From positions 3,473-67,472 of the forward strand of contig CAYHWW010000002.1 of the NCBI GenBank assembly GCA_964360145.1: 64,000 nt of DNA, written 5' to 3'. A model generated the notes under the pieces. The model searched no databases. It saw only the letters and a program-made list of their open reading frames with translations, and had not been told where the DNA came from. A program made the position numbers and the translations under genes. This DNA comes from an uncultured Oligoflexia bacterium (GTDB lineage Bacteria > Bdellovibrionota > UBA1018 > CAYHWW01). Of the stretch, positions 1 to 10,246 are shown in pieces; the stretch's first letter is position 1, and each line of letters opens with the position of its first letter.

Positions 1-50
1 GCCTGGGGCTTTGGGGCTACATTTCTCGCCAAAATCATTGGGGAGGACTC

Positions 51-905
51 ATGGCCATTCGCACCGTGGGCGTCATTGGCGCCGGTCAAATGGGATCAGG
101 CATTGTCCAGGTGGCTGCAAGCGCCGGATACGATGTGCTGATGCAGGACATCTCTGACGAAGCCCTACGTCGAGCCGTGAGCGGCATCGAGAAGAGCCTA
201 GGTAAACTTGTAGAGAAGGGCAAGCTTGCGGCCGATTTAGCGGAAGGCGCCAAGGCTCGCGTCAAGACCGTGCGCACGATGGAAGATCTAGCGAGTGCCG
301 ACCTTGTTATTGAGGCGGTCACGGAGAACCCCGCCATTAAGTTTGAAATCTTCAAGAGGTTGGATGCCGCCTGCAAAAAAGAAGCAATTCTGGCCTCAAA
401 CACCTCTTCCATAAGCATCACTGAAATTGCAGCAAAGACGAAGCGACCTGGGCAGGTCATTGGTATGCACTTCATGAACCCAGTGCCCATCATGCAGCTT
501 GTGGAAGTGATTCGTGGCATTGCCACCGACGATGTCTGTTTTGCCGAGACCAAGGCTTGCTCCGAGAAAATGGGAAAAACCGTCGTGGAGGCTCGGGACT
601 ACCCCGGTTTCGTGGTGAACCGCATCTTGATGCCCATGATCAACGAGGCTGTGTATGCGCTCTATGAGGGATTGGCCACGGAGAAAGACATCGACGCGGC
701 CATGAAGCTGGGCACCAACCAGCCCATGGGCCCCCTTACCCTCGCGGATTTCATTGGTCTCGATACTTGTCTTGCCATTATGAACGTCCTTCATGATGGG
801 CTCGGTGATTCCAAGTATCGTCCGTGCCCCTTGCTCAAAAACTATGTGGCTGCGGGTTGGTTGGGCCGTAAAGCGGGGAGAGGGTTCTACACGTATGATG
901 TTTGA
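51..905 (+). CDS. hbd: 3-hydroxybutyryl-CoA dehydrogenase (3-hydroxyacyl-CoA dehydrogenase family)
   Basis: N-terminal Rossmann motif VGVIGAGQMGSGI; HCDH-family core with C-terminal GRKAGRGFY; GGAGGA RBS just upstream of ATG 51. Confidence 0.9.
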   Translation: MAIRTVGVIGAGQMGSGIVQVAASAGYDVLMQDISDEALRRAVSGIEKSLGKLVEKGKLAADLAEGAKARVKTVRTMEDLASADLVIEAVTENPAIKFEIFKRLDAACKKEAILASNTSSISITEIAAKTKRPGQVIGMHFMNPVPIMQLVEVIRGIATDDVCFAETKACSEKMGKTVVEARDYPGFVVNRILMPMINEAVYALYEGLATEKDIDAAMKLGTNQPMGPLTLADFIGLDTCLAIMNVLHDGLGDSKYRPCPLLKNYVAAGWLGRKAGRGFYTYDV

Positions 906-1683
906 GAGTCTCAGTTTCCAAATCCGCGAGAACGGTATTGGCATCCTAGAAATCAATCGCCCCAAGGCCCTTAACGCGCTGAACTCCGCTGTACTGGGAG
1001 AATTGGTCCACTTCTTTAGAGAGGCGGCCATGCGCAAGGATATCAAAGCGCTTATTTTTACAGGCGCAGGTGACAAGGCTTTTATCGCTGGCGCTGATGT
1101 TTCTGAAATGTCTGGGTTGAGTCAGGCCCAAGCGCTGACGTTTGCCGAGGCCGGACAAAAAGTGACGACCCTTATCGAGGCATTTCCAGCCCCCGTCATT
1201 GCAGCGGTGAACGGCTATGCCCTTGGTGGTGGCTGCGAGATGGCCATTGCCTGCGATTTTATCATCGCCTCCAGTAAGGCCGTATTCGGCCAGCCGGAGG
1301 TGACCCTGGGCCTCATCACCGGTTTCGGCGGAGCGGTGCGCCTGGCGGAGTTCGTTGGTTGGCCCCGGGCTCGGGAACTCATCTACAGCGGACGCCGCAT
1401 CAACGCCCAAGAGGCTTTGCAAATAGGTTTGGTCAATCGCGTGGTTGAGCCCGCGGACCTCATGGCGACGGCCACTGCCATAGCGACGGAAATCGCCGCG
1501 CAATCGCCCTTCGCCGTGCGCCAAGTGAAGCGCGCAATGCAAGAAATTCGTTCCACCGCCAGCGTCTCTGATCGTCTCGCTCTCGAAGCCCGCGCTTTTG
1601 CCGGCGTGTTTGAGTCCTATGATCAGCGCGAAGGCACCAAGGCTTTTCTCGAAAAAAGGAAGCCCGGATTTAAAGGGGAGTGA
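895..1683 (+). CDS. enoyl-CoA hydratase (crotonase family)
   Basis: Crotonase fold motifs ([32 protein letters not shown]). ORF track starts at 793 but overlaps hbd; in-frame ATG pair at 895/898 immediately follows the hbd stop. Confidence 0.85.
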   Translation: MMFESLSFQIRENGIGILEINRPKALNALNSAVLGELVHFFREAAMRKDIKALIFTGAGDKAFIAGADVSEMSGLSQAQALTFAEAGQKVTTLIEAFPAPVIAAVNGYALGGGCEMAIACDFIIASSKAVFGQPEVTLGLITGFGGAVRLAEFVGWPRARELIYSGRRINAQEALQIGLVNRVVEPADLMATATAIATEIAAQSPFAVRQVKRAMQEIRSTASVSDRLALEARAFAGVFESYDQREGTKAFLEKRKPGFKGE

Positions 1684-2831
1684 TCGTGGATCTTTTCATG
1701 CTTTCTGACCATCACAAGATGATCCTGGAAACTGCTCGGGATTTCTCGAAGAAGCAAATCGAGCCCATGGCGTCGGACTTGGATAAAACGGGACGGTTTC
1801 CAAGGGAAATCATCAGTCAGCTCGCGGACATGGGTTTCATGGGGATGATGGTACCGGAGCAATATGGCGGTGCGGGCCTTGATGCGTTGTCTTACGCTAT
1901 CGCCATGGAGGTGGTATCGGCTGCCTGCGCATCCACTGGCGTTATCATGTCAGTGAACAACTCGCTGGTGTGTGCGCCTCTTCTCGATTTTGGCTCGGAA
2001 GAGCAAAAGAAAAAATTTCTGACACCGCTAGCTCAAGGGAAAAGGCTGGGTTGCTTTGCTCTCTCTGAACCCGGCAACGGCAGCGATGCCGCCGCACTGA
2101 AGACAGTGGCGCTGAGGGATGGCGAGCACTATGTATTGAATGGTACCAAGAACTGGATCACCAACGGTCTTGAGGCGGATACCTGCATCGTATTTACCAC
2201 GATCGATAAGACAAAGGGCACCAAGGGGGTCACAGCCTTTATTGTGGAGAAGGGCACGCCCGGCTTCAGCCCCGGTAAAGTGGAAGAAAAGCTCGGCATT
2301 CACGCATCAAGCACCACCCAGCTCATCTTCGAAAATGTGCGCATTCCCGTCAGCCAACGTCTCGGCGAAGAGGGCATGGGCTTCAAAATTGCCATGGCGA
2401 CCCTCGACGGTGGTCGCATCGGCATTGCCTCACAGGCTGTAGGTATTGCCGCCGCTGCATTAGAGGCCGCGAAGAAGTTCGCTCGGGAGCGGGAAGCCTT
2501 CGGCGCCCCCATCGGAAAGCTTCAAGGCATCCAGTGGCACATCGCTGACATGGCGACCAGAGTTGATGCCTCTCGACTATTGACCTGGCGCGCGGCACAG
2601 AAAAAAGATGCTGGTGAGCGCTACACGCGCGAGGCTGCCATGGCGAAACTCTTTGCCTCTGAGGCCGCGACCTGGGTTGCCAACAAGGGTCTACAAGTTC
2701 ATGGCGGCTACGGCTACGTGCGGGATTATCCCGCTGAGCGCCACTACCGGGACGCCAAGATTACAGAGATCTACGAGGGTACCTCCGAGATCCAACGCAT
2801 CGTCATCGGCCGCATGGAGCTCGGACTGTGA
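1680..2831 (+). CDS. acyl-CoA dehydrogenase (short-chain/butyryl-CoA dehydrogenase type)
   Basis: ACAD family signatures (GGYGY, catalytic-base region YEGTSEIQR near C-terminus); GTG start overlapping crotonase stop. Confidence 0.9.
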   Translation: MIVDLFMLSDHHKMILETARDFSKKQIEPMASDLDKTGRFPREIISQLADMGFMGMMVPEQYGGAGLDALSYAIAMEVVSAACASTGVIMSVNNSLVCAPLLDFGSEEQKKKFLTPLAQGKRLGCFALSEPGNGSDAAALKTVALRDGEHYVLNGTKNWITNGLEADTCIVFTTIDKTKGTKGVTAFIVEKGTPGFSPGKVEEKLGIHASSTTQLIFENVRIPVSQRLGEEGMGFKIAMATLDGGRIGIASQAVGIAAAALEAAKKFAREREAFGAPIGKLQGIQWHIADMATRVDASRLLTWRAAQKKDAGERYTREAAMAKLFASEAATWVANKGLQVHGGYGYVRDYPAERHYRDAKITEIYEGTSEIQRIVIGRMELGL

Positions 2832-4498
2832 CCATGGCAAAGGATGATTTTTCCAAGCAGTACGAAGGCTGGAAACTAAAGCTCGCACAACACGAAAAAA
2901 AACACCCACCCACGAAGAAGCGCCACTCCACCTGGAGCGATCTGGAAGTGCCCCTGCTCTGCACCCCGGAGGACGTGAAGGATGTAGATTACATGCGGGA
3001 CCTTGGTTTCCCCGGTGAGTATCCCTACACTCGGGGCGTTCAAGCAAATATGTATCGCGGCAAGCTCTGGACCATGCGCCAGTTCGCCGGGTTTGGAACG
3101 CCCGAAGAGACCAATAAGCGCTATAAAACGATCTTGAAGAACGGCCAGATGGGCCTGTCTGTCGCATTCCATATGCCGACACTCATGGGCTACGACAGTG
3201 ACTCCCCCCTTTCTAAGGGCGAGGTGGGCAAGTGCGGTGTTGCTGTGGACACCCTCGCCGACATGGAAACCCTCTTTGATGGCATAGACCTCAACGAGAT
3301 CACGACGAGCATGACCATCAATGCGCCGGCCCCCATGGTGCTTGCCATGTATGTGGCGGTCGCAGAAAAACAGGGGGTTCCCAAAGAGCGCATTCGCGGC
3401 ACCCTCCAGAACGATATTTTGAAGGAATACATCGCTCAAAAAGAGTGGATGTTCCCGCCAAGGCCCGCCATGAAGTTGGTGGCGGACACCTTGGAGTATT
3501 GCACCAAAGATCTGCCTAACTGGAACACCATCAGCATCAGCGGCTATCATATTCGTGAGGCAGGAGCGACAGCAGTGCAGGAGCTGGCCTTTACGTTGGC
3601 GGACGGCATTGCTTACGTGGAAGCTGGTGTGCGGCGGGGCCTCGATGTGGATGATTTCGCGCCCCGCCTCTCCTTTTTTTGGGACGTCCATAACGACTTC
3701 TTTGAAGAAATTGCCAAGTTTCGTGCTGGCCGCCGCATCTGGGCCCGCATTATGAAGGAGCGCTACAAGGCGAAGAACCCCAAGTCCTGGATGCTTCGTT
3801 GCCACGCGCAGACAGCTGGCGTCTCCCTCACCGCCCAGCAGCCCATAAATAATGTGGTGCGCACCACCATTCAGGCCTTAGCCGCCGTGTTGGGTGGCAC
3901 CAATTCGCTTCACACCAACTCTCTTGATGAGACATTTTCCCTTCCCACGGAAGATGCAGCCCTCGTCGCGCTGCGTACCCAGCAGATTATTGCCGAGGAA
4001 AGCGGCATCGCTAATGTGGCGGATCCGCTGGGTGGTTCTTATTACGTGGAGTGGCTCACGAATAAGACGGAACGGATGGCGCTGGACTATATCGAGAAAA
4101 TCGATGCTATGGGCGGCATGTTGGAGGCAATCGATAAGGGCTATCCCCAGGCCGAAGTGGCTAACTCCGCCTACCATTTCCAGCGCCTTGTGGAGGCGAA
4201 TGACAAGGTTATGGTTGGGGTCAATGGTTACGTTTCTAAAGAGTCACATAAAATTGATACCCTATATATTGATGGGAGCGCTGAGCGCACTCAAATTGAA
4301 AAAATTCGCAAGATCAAGGAAACCCGAGATTCCAAGGCCGTGGCCCTGGCTCTTAAAAAGCTTGAGGCAGCCTGTCGCGGTGATGAGAACACCATGCCCC
4401 ACCTCCTCGACTGCGTGAAAAAATACGTAACCCTCCAGGAAATGTGCGACGTCATGCGTGGCGTCTTTGGCATCTATCGGGATCCGGGAAACTTCTGA
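2828..4498 (+). CDS. icmA: B12-dependent acyl-CoA mutase, catalytic (large) subunit; isobutyryl-CoA mutase-like
   Basis: Methylmalonyl-CoA mutase catalytic-domain homology throughout ([40 protein letters not shown]); MRQFAGF (Phe where MCM has Tyr) and IAQKEW (Gln where MCM has Arg), the pattern I recall for ICM-type mutases; 556 aa lacking the B12 domain. Confidence 0.8.
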   Translation: MTMAKDDFSKQYEGWKLKLAQHEKKHPPTKKRHSTWSDLEVPLLCTPEDVKDVDYMRDLGFPGEYPYTRGVQANMYRGKLWTMRQFAGFGTPEETNKRYKTILKNGQMGLSVAFHMPTLMGYDSDSPLSKGEVGKCGVAVDTLADMETLFDGIDLNEITTSMTINAPAPMVLAMYVAVAEKQGVPKERIRGTLQNDILKEYIAQKEWMFPPRPAMKLVADTLEYCTKDLPNWNTISISGYHIREAGATAVQELAFTLADGIAYVEAGVRRGLDVDDFAPRLSFFWDVHNDFFEEIAKFRAGRRIWARIMKERYKAKNPKSWMLRCHAQTAGVSLTAQQPINNVVRTTIQALAAVLGGTNSLHTNSLDETFSLPTEDAALVALRTQQIIAEESGIANVADPLGGSYYVEWLTNKTERMALDYIEKIDAMGGMLEAIDKGYPQAEVANSAYHFQRLVEANDKVMVGVNGYVSKESHKIDTLYIDGSAERTQIEKIRKIKETRDSKAVALALKKLEAACRGDENTMPHLLDCVKKYVTLQEMCDVMRGVFGIYRDPGNF

Positions 4499-4506
4499 GG
4501 ACAGTG

Positions 4507-4911
4507 ATGACAACGAAACAGAGCAAAATCAGGGTACTCATCGCCAAGCCTGGCTTAGACGGTCATGATCGTGGCGCCAAAGTCATCGCTCGTGCGCTCC
4601 GGGATGCAGGGTTTGAGGTGATCTATACCGGTCTCCACCAAACCCCGGATATGATCGTCAATGCCGCCATCGATGAAGACGTGGACGTGGTGGGGTTGAG
4701 CATTCTCTCCGGCGCCCACAAAGCCCTCGTTCCTGAGATCATCGATGGAATGAAGAGGGCTGGCGCGGAAGACGTCATTTATGTCGTGGGCGGCATCATT
4801 CCTGAAGACGACATTGTGGAGCTGAAGAAGCTCGGCGTGCATCAGGTTTTCACGCCAGGGGCAAGCCTCGACAGCGTGATTGCGTTCATTAAAACGAGTG
4901 TGAAAAAATAG
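4507..4911 (+). CDS. icmB: acyl-CoA mutase B12-binding (small) subunit
   Basis: B12-binding domain with DGHDRGAKV (DxHxxG) motif, about 135 aa; ORF track start 4444 overlaps the large subunit, in-frame ATG at 4507 is the likelier start. Confidence 0.85.
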   Translation: MTTKQSKIRVLIAKPGLDGHDRGAKVIARALRDAGFEVIYTGLHQTPDMIVNAAIDEDVDVVGLSILSGAHKALVPEIIDGMKRAGAEDVIYVVGGIIPEDDIVELKKLGVHQVFTPGASLDSVIAFIKTSVKK

Positions 4912-4925
4912 AGCGCTTCGGGTCC

Positions 4926-6509
4926 CTACAGCCGCTTCTCTGTTTTGATCATCTCGACAAACTCAACAAGGAGATTGGGCAGCGCCAGGGCTCTCCGCAG
5001 CCAGGAGCGACGATAGAGGAAGTTGAGTAGGTGTCTAAACATCGCCAGTTGGTGGCGTGAATAGGGGAACCACCACAGGGACTTGAACACCAAAAAGGAC
5101 CAGCGTTCCTTGTGAATGTGGCGCACGTTCACAAATTCATAGAAGCCAAGGTCTGAGTGAACACGACCAAACCCGCTTTGTTTCACGCCGCCCCAGGGGG
5201 TTTCCGGGAGGCCGTGAGTGTAAAGGACTTCATTTATGAGAACGCTGCCTGCGCGGATCTGCTCTGCCATCTGCATGGCCATGGCGGTATCTTTGCCGAT
5301 GATGCTCGCAAGCAAACCATATTGCGTGTCATTGGCCTTCTCAACGGCCTGCTTTGATGTTTTGTACTTGGTTACGGCCACGATGGGACCAAAGGTCTCT
5401 TCTCGGTAAAGCTTGGTTTTTTCCAGGGGACAGTCATCCACGGTAGACCCGGGGGGGTTGGTCACTACGGTGGGACCGAGAAACGTGCCGTCAGGACTCA
5501 TGTCACCACCGCAAACGATATTAGAGTTGCTGTCGTTTAGTTCCGCGAGCTGAGACTTGTAGATTTCTTTTTGGCGATCGAAGGTTATGGAGCCTAAATC
5601 GCTCAATTCGCTACTAGTGTTACGTCGCAGTTTGCCCGCTTTTTCCGCGAGCTTCCGCACGAAATCATCATGAATCGATTCATGGACGATGATGCGCTCA
5701 GTAGAGGCGCAGGCTTGACCAGAATTTGCGAAAGAGCCCCACAGCGCGGCGCTGGTGGCGAAGTCCAGATTCGCGTCGGGCATCACAATCATGGGGTCTT
5801 TGCCGCCCAGCTCTAAGATCACGGGCGTCAGTGATTCCGCGGCGGCGGCCATGACTTTCTTTCCCGTGGGAACGCTGCCGGTGAAGAACACCTTGTCTAC
5901 TCCGCCGGTGACAAGCGCGTGGCCGCGTAGCCCATCACCCAAGACAATCTGAAAGATATTCTTCGGCAGCCCCGCATGCTCCAGAACTTCCGCTATTTTG
6001 AGCCCCACCAGAGGCGTCACCTCGCTTGGCTTCATGATCACCGCATTGCCTGAGAGCAATGCTAAAACAACTTCGCCAAAAGGAATCGAGAAGGGGAAGT
6101 TCCATGGCGCAATGACCGCGACCACCCCAACGGGCCAGTAATGGAGGTAGCTTGCCCGATGTAACATCACACGTAGGGGAAGGCGCTTTTTCCGCAAGAG
6201 ATCCGGCGCGCGCCTTACGTATGTAGTCATAAGCTCACAGACCGGGAGAATGTCGTGGATGATGGCTTCTGTTTGGGGCTTGCCATTTTCTGACTGGATC
6301 AGCGCCGCAATATCGTCAATGTTCTCTAAGATGTGTTCGCGAGCATTGCGGATGATTTGACAGCGAGTCTTCGCGGGCAGTTGGGCCCAGACCTGTTGTG
6401 CGTCCCGAGCTTTTCCCACGATTTCTGGAATGGCGCTGAGCGCAGTTTGTTCCAGTTGCCGCAAGGGGGAGAGGGTGGAGGGATTGCGTGACGAGAAGGG
6501 TTCGTTCAT
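4926..6509 (-). CDS. aldehyde dehydrogenase family protein with C-terminal hydrophobic/aromatic tail
   Basis: ALDH motifs (ELGGKDP, FANSGQACAS-type catalytic Cys region, EETFGPI); about 70-aa C-terminal extension rich in W/F/L/R. Confidence 0.85.
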   Translation of the reverse strand: MNEPFSSRNPSTLSPLRQLEQTALSAIPEIVGKARDAQQVWAQLPAKTRCQIIRNAREHILENIDDIAALIQSENGKPQTEAIIHDILPVCELMTTYVRRAPDLLRKKRLPLRVMLHRASYLHYWPVGVVAVIAPWNFPFSIPFGEVVLALLSGNAVIMKPSEVTPLVGLKIAEVLEHAGLPKNIFQIVLGDGLRGHALVTGGVDKVFFTGSVPTGKKVMAAAAESLTPVILELGGKDPMIVMPDANLDFATSAALWGSFANSGQACASTERIIVHESIHDDFVRKLAEKAGKLRRNTSSELSDLGSITFDRQKEIYKSQLAELNDSNSNIVCGGDMSPDGTFLGPTVVTNPPGSTVDDCPLEKTKLYREETFGPIVAVTKYKTSKQAVEKANDTQYGLLASIIGKDTAMAMQMAEQIRAGSVLINEVLYTHGLPETPWGGVKQSGFGRVHSDLGFYEFVNVRHIHKERWSFLVFKSLWWFPYSRHQLAMFRHLLNFLYRRSWLRRALALPNLLVEFVEMIKTEKRL

Positions 6510-6562
6510 AGGTTGCAGTTCTCATTATACTCTGATAATTCCCAATCGAATCCACCATATGC

Positions 6563-6636
6563 GCGGGCGTAGCTCAGTTGGCTAGAGCACGAGCTTCCCA
6601 AGCTCGGGGTCGAGGGTTCGAGCCCCTCCGCCCGCT
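6563..6636 (+). tRNA. tRNA-Gly (anticodon CCC)
   Basis: Cloverleaf by eye: 7-bp acceptor GCGGGCG/CGCCCGC, D-arm GCTC...GAGC, anticodon stem CGAGC/GCTCG with loop TTCCCAA, T-arm GAGGG-TTCGAGC-CCCTC, followed by CCA at 6637-6639. Confidence 0.85.
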
Positions 6637-6724
6637 CCATTTATCGCGACGCAAAAACCAGCTTGAAAGACTGATTAAAATAGTCTATTCGGATATCCCT
6701 CAGTTGGTCCAAGCAAGAAGGAGA

Positions 6725-8623
6725 ATGTTCCACGTGGAACATCGTTTTGATGTCATTGTCGTCGGTGCTGGACATGGAGGCTGTGAGGCTGCCCTCGCCG
6801 CGGCGCGCATGGGGGTCCAGGTCTGCCTGTTGACCCTTAACAATGACAGGGTGGGTTACATGTCTTGTAATCCTGCCATCGGCGGCTTGGCCAAGGGCCA
6901 GCTAGTCAAAGAGATTGACGCCATTGGTGGTCAAATGGGTGTCAACACCGACAAGAGCGGCATCATGTTTCGACGTCTCAATGCATCGAAGGGATACGCA
7001 GTTCGATCCAGCCGCGCACAGTGCGACAAGTACCTCTATGCTGCCAACATGAAGCAGGTCATCGAAACAACCCCCGGTGTTGCCCTGCTTCAGAGGGAAG
7101 TGGAATCCATCATTTTAAAGAAGGGACGCGTCACTGGGGTGACGACAACCTGGGGTGAGTCCATCCATGCGCCCACTGTGATTCTCACTACGGGCACATT
7201 TTTGGGAGGTCTCATGCACACTGGCTTCCACCAAGAAAAGGGTGGTCGGGCAGGGGATAGCGCCTCCTATGGACTCACCAAATGGCTGTCGGAACAGGGC
7301 CTTCGATTAAAGCGCCTCAAGACGGGAACGCCCCCCCGCCTCGAACGCAGAACAATCCAGTTTCAAGGACTTGAAGAACAGTGGGGCGATGAGCCTCCGC
7401 GTCCATTCTCTTTCCGCCGCGTGCCCAGCCCTTTCCCCTATATTCAACAGATTAATTGTTGGATCACCCATTCCAATGCTCGAACTCACGAGATTATCGC
7501 AGAGAACTTTGAGTGTTCTCCCATGTTTACAGGTGTCATCAAGGGCTGCGGTCCCCGTTACTGCCCCAGCATTGAAGACAAGGTGAAGCGTTTTGCGGAC
7601 AAGGATCGGCATCAGATTTTCCTGGAACCCGAGGGATTGCAAACGCAGGAAATATACGCCAATGGCTTGAGTACGAGCCTTCCTCTGGATGTACAAATCA
7701 AATTCCTTCGCACAATTCCAGGGCTAGAGAGGGTGGAAGTCTCTCGCCCCGGCTACGCGGTTGAATATGACTGCGTGGACCCCACTCAGCTCTTCCATAC
7801 GCTCGAGACCAAGGACCTTCCTGGACTGTACTGCGCAGGCCAAATCAATGGCACTTCCGGCTATGAGGAGGCAGGAGCCCAGGGTTTGATCGCCGGCATC
7901 AATGCTGCCCAGAGGGTTTTGGGTCGTGAGGAGTACGTACCTCTGCGTACAGAGTCTTACATTGGCGTCATGATCGATGATTTGGTTACGAAGGGGGCTG
8001 ACGAGCCCTATCGGATGTTCACCAGTCGGGCTGAAAGTCGCCTTTTTTTGCGGGAAGACAACGCTGATTTGCGGCTAACAGAGCAAGGTCGGCGCCTGGG
8101 TTTGGTGGATGATGCGTTGTTTGTCGCATTTGAAGAAAAGCGCCAGCAGATTGAGGCCGAGTTAGCACATCTCGACACACACTACTTCTACCCCACCACG
8201 GAGACCAATGAAGGTCTTGCGACCGTGGGTTCAGCACCACTGAAAGATCGGGTTAGTGCTAAAATTCTTCTTCGTCGCCCTGAGATGACTGTTTCACGGA
8301 TGCAAGGCCTAGGCTTTGAACCCAAAAATACTTCCCAAGAGAGTCTTGAGCAGGCTGAAATTAGTGTGAAGTACGAGGGATATGTTAAAAAAGAGACTGA
8401 ACAGCGAGAAAGCTTCGTGCGCAACGAACGCATGCGCATTCCCCTGGAGATTGATTACGGCGCCATCGGCGGACTATCCACCGAGGTGCGGGAACGATTA
8501 AGGCATATTAGGCCTGAAACCATTGGACAAGCTTTGCGGATGCCTGGCTTAACTCCAGCGGCTGTTGCAGCCCTACTCATTTATATCAAGTCGACGAAGG
8601 GGGTTTCTTCCCTTGAACACTGA
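6725..8623 (+). CDS. mnmG: tRNA uridine-5-carboxymethylaminomethyl modification enzyme MnmG (GidA)
   Basis: FAD motif [15 protein letters not shown], full-length MnmG homology. ORF track start 6578 runs through the tRNA; true start is ATG 6725. Confidence 0.95.
   Translation: MFHVEHRFDVIVVGAGHGGCEAALAAARMGVQVCLLTLNNDRVGYMSCNPAIGGLAKGQLVKEIDAIGGQMGVNTDKSGIMFRRLNASKGYAVRSSRAQCDKYLYAANMKQVIETTPGVALLQREVESIILKKGRVTGVTTTWGESIHAPTVILTTGTFLGGLMHTGFHQEKGGRAGDSASYGLTKWLSEQGLRLKRLKTGTPPRLERRTIQFQGLEEQWGDEPPRPFSFRRVPSPFPYIQQINCWITHSNARTHEIIAENFECSPMFTGVIKGCGPRYCPSIEDKVKRFADKDRHQIFLEPEGLQTQEIYANGLSTSLPLDVQIKFLRTIPGLERVEVSRPGYAVEYDCVDPTQLFHTLETKDLPGLYCAGQINGTSGYEEAGAQGLIAGINAAQRVLGREEYVPLRTESYIGVMIDDLVTKGADEPYRMFTSRAESRLFLREDNADLRLTEQGRRLGLVDDALFVAFEEKRQQIEAELAHLDTHYFYPTTETNEGLATVGSAPLKDRVSAKILLRRPEMTVSRMQGLGFEPKNTSQESLEQAEISVKYEGYVKKETEQRESFVRNERMRIPLEIDYGAIGGLSTEVRERLRHIRPETIGQALRMPGLTPAAVAALLIYIKSTKGVSSLEH
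6726..6741. promoter_or_regulatory. parS: parS-like centromere site TGTTCCACGTGGAACA (perfect 16-bp palindrome)
   Basis: Matches the chromosomal parS consensus tGTTnCACGTGnAACa with symmetric changes; overlaps the mnmG ATG (6725); identical copy at 9292. Confidence 0.65.
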
Positions 8624-9275
8624 GAAACTCCTTCTCCAGCTCGTCTCGGCAGGGGCTGCCCCTGAGCAGGCCCAGAGGCTTTTGAGTTATGGCGCAAGAC
8701 TCCTGGCCTGGAATGAAAAGATGAATCTAACCGGTGCCAAAGACCTGGACGAGCTTACGCAGAAACACCTCTTGGACTCCGTATTGGCGTGGAAAGTGCG
8801 AAACACAGCGATGGCGGGCGCACTTATATTTGATCAGATCGTAGATGTGGGCTCCGGCGGGGGAATACCGGGTATCCCATTGGCTATTCTGCAGGATAAG
8901 CCCGTGGTGCTGGTGGAGCGTCGTCAGAAAAAGGCCCGTGCATTAGAAGAGCTTGCCATCGAATGTGAGCTTGGTCCGAGAGTAGGCGTTAGGGCCGAGA
9001 GCCTTGAAAAACTCTGTTTTTCTACGCGTTCTGAGTTTTGGTTCCGCGGGGTTCTCCCGGCAGATAAATTAATAAGCTATTTCTCTCGGGAGATACCCTC
9101 TCGAGCCCTCTCTCAGGTGGTTCTCATGAAGGGCCCGGCCTGGGGGGAGGAGCTGCGTCGAGCACTAGAGCAGCCGGACATGGATCACCTCTGGTGTCAG
9201 CGATTTGAGCAGGCTGAAGTTTTTGGTTATGAGTTGCCGGACGGGGCTGGAACTCGGAACCTGGTTCTGCTGTAA
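8565..9275 (+). CDS. rsmG: 16S rRNA (guanine527-N7)-methyltransferase RsmG (GidB)
   Basis: RsmG motifs ([17 protein letters not shown] motif [16 protein letters not shown]); ATG 8565 overlaps mnmG by 59 nt, alternative TTG at 8613 gives a shorter overlap. Confidence 0.85.
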   Translation: MQPYSFISSRRRGFLPLNTEKLLLQLVSAGAAPEQAQRLLSYGARLLAWNEKMNLTGAKDLDELTQKHLLDSVLAWKVRNTAMAGALIFDQIVDVGSGGGIPGIPLAILQDKPVVLVERRQKKARALEELAIECELGPRVGVRAESLEKLCFSTRSEFWFRGVLPADKLISYFSREIPSRALSQVVLMKGPAWGEELRRALEQPDMDHLWCQRFEQAEVFGYELPDGAGTRNLVLL

Positions 9276-9291
9276 GTGTGTGTGGAGTGAA

Positions 9292-9307
9292 TGTTCCACG
9301 TGGAACA
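9292..9307. promoter_or_regulatory. parS: parS-like centromere site TGTTCCACGTGGAACA (second copy)
   Basis: Identical 16-bp palindrome in the rsmG-parA intergenic region. Confidence 0.65.
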
Positions 9308-9418
9308 AGTGGGTGGTCATTGAGTAGTCATGCTGGGTTATGACGACTCTTGGTCAGTCACTCATTGCATTTCAAAAAAATGACTTTAAAGTGGATGAAT
9401 AGACAGAGGGTTTCCGCC

Positions 9419-10243
9419 ATGGGAAAAGTCATAGCCGTCATCAATCAAAAGGGCGGGGTGGGTAAGACTACAACCACAGTGAACCTAGCGGCGGCACTTG
9501 CAGTGGCTGACCGAAGGACGCTCATTCTGGACCTGGACCCACAGGGCAATGCGTCATCGGCGCTGGGCGTGGATCGCGCTCAATACTCAACTAAAAACAT
9601 TTATCACGCCCTTATGGGCATGGTGCCATTGGGCGAGGCCATTGCCCCTACGGAGATCGATCGTCTCTGGGTGGCCCCGAGCAATACAGACCTCGCCGGC
9701 GCGGAGATTGAGTTGGTTTCGGCGTTCGCCAGGGAGAATAAGCTTAAGGCCGCCATTGCGACCATCAAGGATCAATACGATTTCATCTTCATTGATTGTC
9801 CGCCTTCACTGGGGCTGCTTACAGTCAATGCCCTCACTGCGGCCGACAGCTTTCTGGTGCCGCTCCAGTGCGAATACTTTGCCCTCGAGGGCCTCTCTCA
9901 GCTCCTGATCACTGTGCGTCTGATCAAGCAAAGCTTGAACCCCACGCTGGAAGACGAAGGTATCGTGCTCACCATGTTTGATAGTCGGAACAACTTAGCG
10001 CACGAAGTGGTGAAGGAGGTGCGCACGCACTTTGGCGCCAAGGTTTTTGACACGGTTATCCCACGTAACGTGAAGCTGAGTGAGTGCTCGAGTTTTGGTA
10101 AGCCGGTGATCCTCTACGACATCGACTCCAAGGGGAGCATTGCCTATCTCAATATGGCTAAAGAGCTCATCAATCGCACCGTGGGAGTTGAGCATGTGCA
10201 GCTCCTTACGGAAGAGCGCTCATCACCCCATTTAGAGGTTTGA
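9419..10243 (+). CDS. parA: chromosome partitioning ATPase ParA (Soj)
   Basis: Deviant Walker A KGGVGKTTT directly after in-frame ATG 9419 (ORF track start 9350); full Soj/ParA homology. Confidence 0.9.
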   Translation: MGKVIAVINQKGGVGKTTTTVNLAAALAVADRRTLILDLDPQGNASSALGVDRAQYSTKNIYHALMGMVPLGEAIAPTEIDRLWVAPSNTDLAGAEIELVSAFARENKLKAAIATIKDQYDFIFIDCPPSLGLLTVNALTAADSFLVPLQCEYFALEGLSQLLITVRLIKQSLNPTLEDEGIVLTMFDSRNNLAHEVVKEVRTHFGAKVFDTVIPRNVKLSECSSFGKPVILYDIDSKGSIAYLNMAKELINRTVGVEHVQLLTEERSSPHLEV

Positions 10244-10246
10244 GTT

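Noticed and set aside
6578-6724. N-terminal extension of the mnmG ORF (track start 6578) running through the tRNA-Gly gene
   Set aside because: The extension overlaps a convincing tRNA and lacks similarity to MnmG. The conserved FAD-binding N-terminus begins at ATG 6725, which coincides with a parS site.
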